This document shows positions 57,975-64,000 of a stretch of DNA of 64,000 nucleotides, piece by piece. How positions within the stretch are numbered: the stretch's first letter is position 1; the number at the start of each line of letters is the position of its first letter. Location of the stretch: positions 28,353 through 92,352 of the forward strand of contig JAZNIZ010000025.1 of NCBI GenBank assembly GCA_045577775.1, in the 5' to 3' direction. The stretch is from Akkermansia sp. (lineage in GTDB: Bacteria > Verrucomicrobiota > Verrucomicrobiia > Verrucomicrobiales > Akkermansiaceae). The position numbers and the translations under genes were made by a program. A model generated the notes under the pieces. It saw only the letters and a program-made list of their open reading frames with translations. It searched no databases and was not told where the DNA came from.

Positions 57975-58043
57975 CGGCGCGGCGGAAGCCGTGCCCTGAA
58001 TTCCTATTCTGCATTCTGACTTCTGCATTCTGACTTCTGTATT
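57975..58043. repeat. Right arm of the long inverted repeat
   Basis: Reverse complement reads AATACAG AAGTCAG AATGCAG AAGTCAG AATGCAG AATAGG AATTCAGGGCACGGCTTCCGCCGCGCCG, matching the left arm. Confidence 0.92.
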
Positions 58044-58098
58044 TTGAAATCCTTTTGGGCTTGCAAATCACTTGTTTTATAGTAGAATAACCCGCGTT

Positions 58099-59682
58099 AT
58101 GGCAGACCGTACACAAACTGATCCCGTCCGCATGGAAAAAATAGTCAGCCTTTGCAAGCGCAGAGGGTTCATTTTTCAAGCCGCAGAAATCTATGGCGGT
58201 CTTAACGGTTGCTGGGACTACGGTCCCCTGGGTGTTGAGCTCAAGCGCAATCTGAAGGATTACTGGTGGCGTGTCCACGTGCAGGAACGCCCGGATATTG
58301 TGGGTATGGATGGTTCCATCCTCACGCACAACTCGGTTCTGGTGGCATCTGGTCACGTAGGTGGCTTCTGCGACCCGCTTTGCGACTGTTTGCTCACCAA
58401 GGAACGCCTGCGCGCCGACCAGATTCCCGCCCAGAGCGGTGTGGCCTACTGGTGGAAGGGCGCTGCCCGCAAGGATGGTTCCTGGAGCACTAAGAAGGAA
58501 TTCTCCATGCTCGTGGAGGGCATGGATGACAAGAGCGCCAAGACCGCCCGCAAGGGGGCTCTCCAGTACTACAGCCAGATTGCCGGGAAGGGTACTCAGC
58601 CTGCTGACCTGGAGCTGCTGGAGGAAAGCACCGAGGAAGTGACCGACTCCGTGCGCTACAACCCGGCTAATGGTTCTCTGGTGACAGAGGCCCGCTCCTT
58701 CAACCTGATGTTCAAGACTACCATCGGTGCCACCTCCGATGAGAACGATCCCGCCAGCACCGGCTGGCTGCGTCCGGAGACAGCGCAGAGCATCTTCTGC
58801 CAGTACAAGAACATTCTGGATTCTTCCCGCAACAAGATTCCCTTCGGTATCGCTCAGATTGGTAAGTCTTTCCGCAACGAAATCAACCCGCGCAACTTCA
58901 CCTTCCGCTCCCGCGAGTTCGAGCAGATGGAGGTGGAATACTTCTGCAAGGGCGAGGACGGCTTCCGCCTGACCGACGAATGGCTGGAGAAGAGCCTCCA
59001 GTTCTACGAGAACATCGGTATCTCCCGCGATAAGATTCACATCCTCGATGTGCCGGATGAGGAGCGCGCCTTCTACTCCAAGAAGACCTATGACCTGGAG
59101 TACGAGTTCCCCTTCGGTGTGCAGGAGCTCATGGGTATCGCCTACCGCACGGATTATGACCTGGGCCGCCACCAGGAAGGCTCCGGCAAGCCCATGGAAT
59201 ACTTCGACGAGACCACCCGCGAGCGCTTCATCCCGCACGTGGTGGAACCCTCTGCCGGTTGCGACCGCTCCGTGCTGGCCGTTATCTGCGAAGCCTTCGA
59301 CGAGGAAGAACTGGGCAAGGACGGCAAGAGCGATATCCGCACCGTCATGCACTTCCACCCCCGCATGGCTCCCATCAAGGCCGCTATCTTCCCGCTGCTC
59401 AAGAAGAACGCCGAGCAGGTGCGCATCGCCCGCGAAATTGAAGCCGAGCTGCGTCCCTTCATGAACGTGTTCTACGATGAGGCCGGCGCCGTGGGCCGCC
59501 GCTACCGCCGCCAGGACGAAGTGGGTACTCCCTTCTGCATCACGGTCGACTTCGAGACCCTGGGCGAGGAAGGCGATCCCGCTCTCAAGGACACGGTGAC
59601 CATCCGTCACCGCGACTCCATGGACCAGGAACGCGTGGCCATTAAAGACCTGCTGCCCTGGCTGCTGAAGCGCATTCACTAA
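58099..59682 (+). CDS. glyQS: Glycine--tRNA ligase, homodimeric (alpha2) type
   Basis: IYGG..G.WDYGPLG, LRPETAQ, GKSFRNEI.P, FR.REFEQME, IGRRY-like VGRRYRRQDEVGTP; start at ATG 58099. Confidence 0.96.
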   Translation: MADRTQTDPVRMEKIVSLCKRRGFIFQAAEIYGGLNGCWDYGPLGVELKRNLKDYWWRVHVQERPDIVGMDGSILTHNSVLVASGHVGGFCDPLCDCLLTKERLRADQIPAQSGVAYWWKGAARKDGSWSTKKEFSMLVEGMDDKSAKTARKGALQYYSQIAGKGTQPADLELLEESTEEVTDSVRYNPANGSLVTEARSFNLMFKTTIGATSDENDPASTGWLRPETAQSIFCQYKNILDSSRNKIPFGIAQIGKSFRNEINPRNFTFRSREFEQMEVEYFCKGEDGFRLTDEWLEKSLQFYENIGISRDKIHILDVPDEERAFYSKKTYDLEYEFPFGVQELMGIAYRTDYDLGRHQEGSGKPMEYFDETTRERFIPHVVEPSAGCDRSVLAVICEAFDEEELGKDGKSDIRTVMHFHPRMAPIKAAIFPLLKKNAEQVRIAREIEAELRPFMNVFYDEAGAVGRRYRRQDEVGTPFCITVDFETLGEEGDPALKDTVTIRHRDSMDQERVAIKDLLPWLLKRIH

Positions 59683-59697
59683 TCGCTGATTCACTTC

Positions 59698-59738
59698 AGC
59701 CGCCCCCGCAGAGAAAAAGGCCTGCGGGGGCGGTTCTT
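59698..59738 (+). terminator. Hairpin after glyQS
   Basis: CCGCCCCCGCAG / CTGCGGGGGCGG stem. Confidence 0.65.
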
Positions 59739-59757
59739 CCCAACCCATCCCCTCCCT

Positions 59758-60306
59758 ATGAATCTGTGTGATACCAGCCTTTCCCCCTCCTGCCGGCAGA
59801 GACTGAAAGAAAGTCTCTTCGATGATGAACAACTGCTCTGGGTGGGGCAACCTGTGCCGGAGCCGTGGGCATCGCCTGCCGGCTTTTTTGTGTTTTTCGG
59901 CGCGTTCTGGGTGGGCTCCTTGCTCTATGGTATCTGCCGCGGCGGCAGCCCGGCCATGATTTTTGCCCTGATTCCCTTTATCGGGATGCTGTTTGCCCCG
60001 CTGTTTAACAAGTGGATGCAGCAGCGCACTGTCTATGCGATTACCAACCAGCGCGCCCGAGTGCTGCGCTACACCGCTCTGGGCTATATTTCCTTGTCCT
60101 TTGTGCCGGTGCCTGGGATGATAAAATCCCGGGAAGAACTTCCCGGTGGCCTGGTGAACCTGGTGCTGGGCAAAAATCCCTACGTTGCCAGTAAACGTGG
60201 CGGTAACCTGAAGCCGGTTCCCGAGGGCTTTCTGCGAATCACGGCAGCTGATGCCGAAAAAGTTTTACCCCTTATCCGTCAACTTGAATCTAATCAACCC
60301 CGATAA
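59758..60306 (+). CDS. Array paralogue 1: two-TM protein with a PH-like C-terminal domain
   Basis: L..DEQLLWVGQP, two TM segments, YAITNQRA, G.VNL, EGFL. Confidence 0.78.
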   Translation: MNLCDTSLSPSCRQRLKESLFDDEQLLWVGQPVPEPWASPAGFFVFFGAFWVGSLLYGICRGGSPAMIFALIPFIGMLFAPLFNKWMQQRTVYAITNQRARVLRYTALGYISLSFVPVPGMIKSREELPGGLVNLVLGKNPYVASKRGGNLKPVPEGFLRITAADAEKVLPLIRQLESNQPR

Positions 60307-60311
60307 CCGTT

Positions 60312-60866
60312 ATGAAATTAGCTGATACTGAATTAAGCATCGACGAACGCCTGCTAGTGGAAAACTGTCTGCTGCGTGGAGAAGAAGTGCTCTGGGCGGG
60401 CAAGCCTGTGCCGCGTATGTGGTCCCCCGTGACTATTATTATGATGGTGATGGGCATTTTCTTCCTGTGTATAGACAGTGTGGTTATCCTCGGCGTCATG
60501 GAAATGGGGGGAGTGGAGCTGCTCTTTTCGCTTCCTTTCATGATAGCAGGGGCTCTTCTGATTGCCTCTCCGTGGATTGGCATGAGTTGGCAGAAGCACC
60601 ATGTGTATGCCCTGACCACCCGCCGTTCCCTGGTGTTCCGCTATATGTTCTGGAAGCATCATCAGATGTCCTTCCCCGTGGATAAGGTGATGCTGATTGA
60701 CCGCAAGGTGCCTGCTGCCGGGCTGGTGAGCCTGGTACTGGGCAAGAGCACCATTTCCAGCACCAACAATGTGCCCGACCCAGAGGGATTCCTCAATATC
60801 ACGGCAGATGCGGCTGCCGTGGTGGAACCGCTTATCATGCAGCTTGAAGAATCCTACACCAAATAA
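60312..60866 (+). CDS. Array paralogue 2
   Basis: GEEVLWAGKP, two TM segments, YALTTRRS, EGFLNI. Confidence 0.78.
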   Translation: MKLADTELSIDERLLVENCLLRGEEVLWAGKPVPRMWSPVTIIMMVMGIFFLCIDSVVILGVMEMGGVELLFSLPFMIAGALLIASPWIGMSWQKHHVYALTTRRSLVFRYMFWKHHQMSFPVDKVMLIDRKVPAAGLVSLVLGKSTISSTNNVPDPEGFLNITADAAAVVEPLIMQLEESYTK

Positions 60867-60871
60867 ATGCC

Positions 60872-61435
60872 ATGAAACTTGCCGATACAGAATTAAACTA
60901 CCAGGAGCGCCTGATGGTGGAAAACAACCTGATGCGCGATGAAGAAATCCTCTGGGTGGGTAAGCCCGTGCCCCGGTTGTTCTCTGCTGCCAACCTGGGG
61001 GCGTTCATCTTTTCTTTGCCATGGCTGGGCTTTATTGCTTTCTGGACCTGGGGTGCTGCGCAGGGCAGCGCCATTTTTGCCTGTTTCTCCATTCCCTTCT
61101 GGTGTGTGGGCATAGGCCTGTTCTGTTCGCCCTGGTGGGGGGTACGCCGGCAGAAGCGCACGGTGTACCTCGTCACCAACCGCCGTGCCATGGAATTGTA
61201 CCCCGGCATCTTTGGCTCATTCAAATCGCATGTGTGGCCGCTGGAGCCCGGCATGGTGAAATCCTGCACTGTGCGTAAGGATGGCAGCGGTGACCTGATT
61301 ATGGGCTATGAGGAACGCTGCGGCAAGCACGGCACCCATACTGTCCCCAGTGGCTTCATGAACGTACCCGAGGTGCGACGCGTGGAGCAGTTCCTCTACG
61401 ACCTGACCGAGGCAAAGCCCGAAATTCAGGAATGA
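60872..61435 (+). CDS. Array paralogue 3
   Basis: DEEILWVGKP, two TM segments, YLVTNRRA, DGSGDL, GFMNV. Confidence 0.8.
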   Translation: MKLADTELNYQERLMVENNLMRDEEILWVGKPVPRLFSAANLGAFIFSLPWLGFIAFWTWGAAQGSAIFACFSIPFWCVGIGLFCSPWWGVRRQKRTVYLVTNRRAMELYPGIFGSFKSHVWPLEPGMVKSCTVRKDGSGDLIMGYEERCGKHGTHTVPSGFMNVPEVRRVEQFLYDLTEAKPEIQE

Positions 61436-62004
61436 TATCCTCCGACCCCAGAGATTACGGGCTGAACCCCAGGCTCTGTGCCATGGTGCAGGATACCCTG
61501 CGCCCCGGCGAGCAACTGCGCTGGGTAGGGAAACCTCTTCTGCATCAGCGCCTTGACTGGGTAAACAATATAGGGCTCTGGCTATTCAGCTGCCCGTTCG
61601 GTGGCGTTGGCGGGTTGGTGTTCTACTTTGCACTCAAGGGGGAGCTGGAAGCCAGCGGCTTCGGCTTTTTCTTCGCCATCGTCATGGCGCTCATCTTTGT
61701 GCTGTTTTTTGTGCTGGCTCTCGTATCGCCCTTTTACCGCTTATGGACGCTGAGGAATACCGCCTATGTCATCACGAACCGCCGTGCCCTTATTGTCGGC
61801 TTTGATGAGGATTCCTGGCCTTTGAAGCGCGGCATGGTGGCGAGTAATTACCAGCGCAGGGATGGTAGCGGAAACCTTGTCTTTGCCATTCGTTGGGACG
61901 ATGAGAGAAACCGTTTTCTGGAATATGGATTCATGAACATCCGCGATGTGCGGCTGGTTGAGGAGATTTTGGAAAAAGTCATAGACGAAAGACAGAAAGC
62001 ATGA
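61432..62004 (+). CDS. Array paralogue 4
   Basis: GEQLRWVGKP, two TM segments, YVITNRRA, DGSGNL, GFMNI. Confidence 0.8.
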   Translation: MISSDPRDYGLNPRLCAMVQDTLRPGEQLRWVGKPLLHQRLDWVNNIGLWLFSCPFGGVGGLVFYFALKGELEASGFGFFFAIVMALIFVLFFVLALVSPFYRLWTLRNTAYVITNRRALIVGFDEDSWPLKRGMVASNYQRRDGSGNLVFAIRWDDERNRFLEYGFMNIRDVRLVEEILEKVIDERQKA

Positions 62005-62549
62005 AATCAGCAGACCCCAGAGATTTTGGGCTGAACCGGCTTCAGTGCGCCAGATTGCAGGAATGTCTGCAACCCGGCGAGCGGCTGCGCTGGGCGGGGG
62101 CTCCTGCTCATCTTGGCGTGCAGTGGGGATTGCTGCTGTGGTGTGTGTACTTCAGCCTGGGAATAGCCGCCTTTGTGTGCTGGCGTGCGTGGTTGGAGGA
62201 GACACCCGGCCTGTATCTCGTGGCTTCGTTTTTCGGGCTGCTGGGAGTGGGGCTTCTGGTGCTGCCGCATGTGGAGCGGCGCGAGGAGCGCCGCACGGTG
62301 TACGCTATTACGAACCGTCGCGTGCTGGTTTGCGGAAAGTCGGATGAAGAATGGGCGCTGGCACCGGATATGGTGGTCAGCAATCTCCAGAATGGGGATG
62401 GTATTGGCAATTTGGTTTTTGCGTTGCGTCCCAGCACGGACCCTGACCTCAAACAATGTTTTGATGAGGTGGGCTTCATGAATGTGCGCGATGTTCGGCT
62501 GGTGGAAGAGATATTGGAAAAAGCCATAGCAGAAAGGGAAAACGCATGA
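62001..62549 (+). CDS. Array paralogue 5
   Basis: GERLRWAGAP, two TM segments, YAITNRRV, DGIGNL, GFMNV. Confidence 0.8.
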   Translation: MKSADPRDFGLNRLQCARLQECLQPGERLRWAGAPAHLGVQWGLLLWCVYFSLGIAAFVCWRAWLEETPGLYLVASFFGLLGVGLLVLPHVERREERRTVYAITNRRVLVCGKSDEEWALAPDMVVSNLQNGDGIGNLVFALRPSTDPDLKQCFDEVGFMNVRDVRLVEEILEKAIAERENA

Positions 62550-62986
62550 TGACTCAGGATGAACAGACTCGCTTGAAGACCGAGCTGCTGCCCGGCGAGG
62601 AGGTGCTGTGGCAGGGGCGCCCGGAGCTGCCGGTGGTGAACAGCGCCACGCTGCCGCTGTTTCTGCTTTCGCTGCTTTTCCCGCTGCTGCTGGTGTTCCC
62701 CATCATGCAGCAGCGCCGCCTGCGCCGCACGCTCTATGTGCTCACCGACCGTCGCATCCTGGTCTACCGCGCGAACTGGTGGCGCGGGGTGCAGCGTCAT
62801 GCCTGGCCGCTGGAGCCCGGCATCATCACCTCCCGGGTACACCGCCCCGGCGGCAGGGGTGATCTCATCATGGAATTCACCTACGGCCGCCGCGTTTCCG
62901 AGGATAAAGGTTTTCTCAACGTGCCCGATGCCATGCGCATTGCCCGCCTGGTTGATGCCGCGGAGAAACGGTTGAACTGTATCTGA
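62546..62986 (+). CDS. Array paralogue 6 (shorter membrane region)
   Basis: GEEVLWQGRP, one hydrophobic segment, YVLTDRRI, GGRGDL, GFLNV. Confidence 0.78.
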   Translation: MMTQDEQTRLKTELLPGEEVLWQGRPELPVVNSATLPLFLLSLLFPLLLVFPIMQQRRLRRTLYVLTDRRILVYRANWWRGVQRHAWPLEPGIITSRVHRPGGRGDLIMEFTYGRRVSEDKGFLNVPDAMRIARLVDAAEKRLNCI

Positions 62987-63513
62987 TGGAGGATAGATGT
63001 ATGTTCCGGTTGTGCATTCTGATGGGGTGTTTTGTGTGGGCTTCTGCGCTGGCGCAGGTTGCGCCGGTGGATGGGCAGGCTGCCAGCTCTGCCTGCCTCG
63101 GTAAAGATGCGCTTTCTCAGGCTATAGCAGCGGGCGATATCGCACGCATCGGGGAAGTACTGGATGGCGGTATCAGCGTGAACCGGTCTGTGGTTCTCCA
63201 TTTTGCCGAGGGATACACGGTTACGCTCACCCCGCTGGCGGAGGCTATGTTCCGTTATGTGGGCGGATTCCCGGAGGATGAGAAAAAGGGTGTGGAGGTG
63301 GTGCAATACCTCATCAGCCGAGGGGCAGACATCAACGCTGCCATTCCGGAGACAGGCCAGACGCCGCTGCATCTCGCGGCAGGTGCTCTGGAGGGGTGTA
63401 TTGCCTTCCGTCTTTTTGCGACACTCCGCGAAGCCGGGGCAGATGTTTCCTCTCGTGATAACAAGGGGCAGACTCCCCTCGATGTTATGAGAGAAACGCT
63501 GGCGGACTCGTGA
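62986..63513 (+). CDS. Secreted ankyrin-repeat protein
   Basis: Signal-peptide-like N-terminus (alternative start 63001); TPLAEA, GADINA, GQTPLHLAA, GAD...RDNKGQTPLD. Confidence 0.85.
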   Translation: MEDRCMFRLCILMGCFVWASALAQVAPVDGQAASSACLGKDALSQAIAAGDIARIGEVLDGGISVNRSVVLHFAEGYTVTLTPLAEAMFRYVGGFPEDEKKGVEVVQYLISRGADINAAIPETGQTPLHLAAGALEGCIAFRLFATLREAGADVSSRDNKGQTPLDVMRETLADS

Positions 63514-63600
63514 GGGAAACTTCGATGATGGCGAAATCGGTGCCCGGTGTGGCGCAGCGGGAATGCACTGGTTGCTGCGAGTAGATAAAAGCCTCCTGGT

Positions 63601-64000
63601 TCAGTGGGTTGAGTGCCAGATGGGAATTTCTCCGATTAAGTCCTCCAGCTCCTGGGAGCCATAATAACCGGCCTTGATGATGGTAGCTTTGTGAGTCACG
63701 TAGACTTTCAGTTGAGCGGGCGTGAGGATGCGGCTCATGAAGCCGTATAATGTGAGATTTGTTTCGGCGATGCGGGAGAGCCGGGCGCACTCCTGCGCGT
63801 TGAGTAAATGGCCTAATTCTTCCAGAACGTCCTGGGCAGATGCTTCATCGTGGATGCTCATGAGCAGCGGGTAGGCCTCGCGGTGGCGCTCTTCCAGTTC
63901 CTGCATGGCGGCTTTTCGCTCGGCCTCGGGGTGTACCTTCCTGGAGACTGTGGTGTTCACCCACTGTTCCAGGAGGTGCTTTTTGCCGCCTGTTACCTGG
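63601..64000 (-). CDS. Hypothetical protein, partial (frame stays open to the window end)
   Basis: No in-frame stop between 63960 and 64000 (QVTGGKKHLLEQW...); helical content, ending AGYYGSQELEDLI. Confidence 0.6.
   Translation of the reverse strand, partial: QVTGGKKHLLEQWVNTTVSRKVHPEAERKAAMQELEERHREAYPLLMSIHDEASAQDVLEELGHLLNAQECARLSRIAETNLTLYGFMSRILTPAQLKVYVTHKATIIKAGYYGSQELEDLIGEIPIWHSTH

Noticed and set aside
57388-58043. CRISPR array or diversity-generating retroelement
   Set aside because: The repeats are contiguous heptamers with no spacers and no cas genes. The protein is Avd-like in fold, but there is no reverse transcriptase and no TR/VR pair in the window.
55447-58043. Genomic island integrated at tRNA-Ser
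   Set aside because: No integrase and no duplicated tRNA 3' end (att site) was found downstream.
58400-58700. Long insertion in GlyRS as an intein or novel domain
   Set aside because: It has no intein terminal motifs and lies where homodimeric GlyRS enzymes normally carry a variable insertion domain.

Overview
Chromosomal window from an Akkermansiaceae-like verrucomicrobium. The assignment is an inference from a divergent Amuc_1098-1102-type pilus locus, an exosortase/EpsI pair, a Cys-type sulfatase and a homodimeric-type GlyRS. Most of the window is housekeeping: rpsP, prs, fbaA, lgt, a split spc operon (rplX to secY), purN, der, leuS, glyQS and four tRNAs. No integrase, transposase, reverse transcriptase, cas gene or CRISPR array was seen. 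Best leads: (1) a four-helix-bundle gene with its own promoter and terminators, enclosed by ~60-bp inverted repeats built from heptamer units (57388-58043); (2) a tandem array of six diverged membrane paralogues with a PH-like domain, followed by a secreted ankyrin protein (59758-63513); (3) two full-length apparent pseudoenzymes, a PutA with both active sites degenerate and a pseudokinase-TM-FGE protein; (4) three tandem LeuT-like transporters that differ at known specificity positions; (5) a ~240-nt structured minus-strand ncRNA candidate (32013-32251); (6) a decayed nucleotidyltransferase toxin-antitoxin-like pair with nearby paralogous small proteins and a perfect 20-bp palindrome; (7) about ten promoters whose -10 box lies 6-10 nt from the start codon. 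All family calls come from motif recognition by eye; no database search was run.
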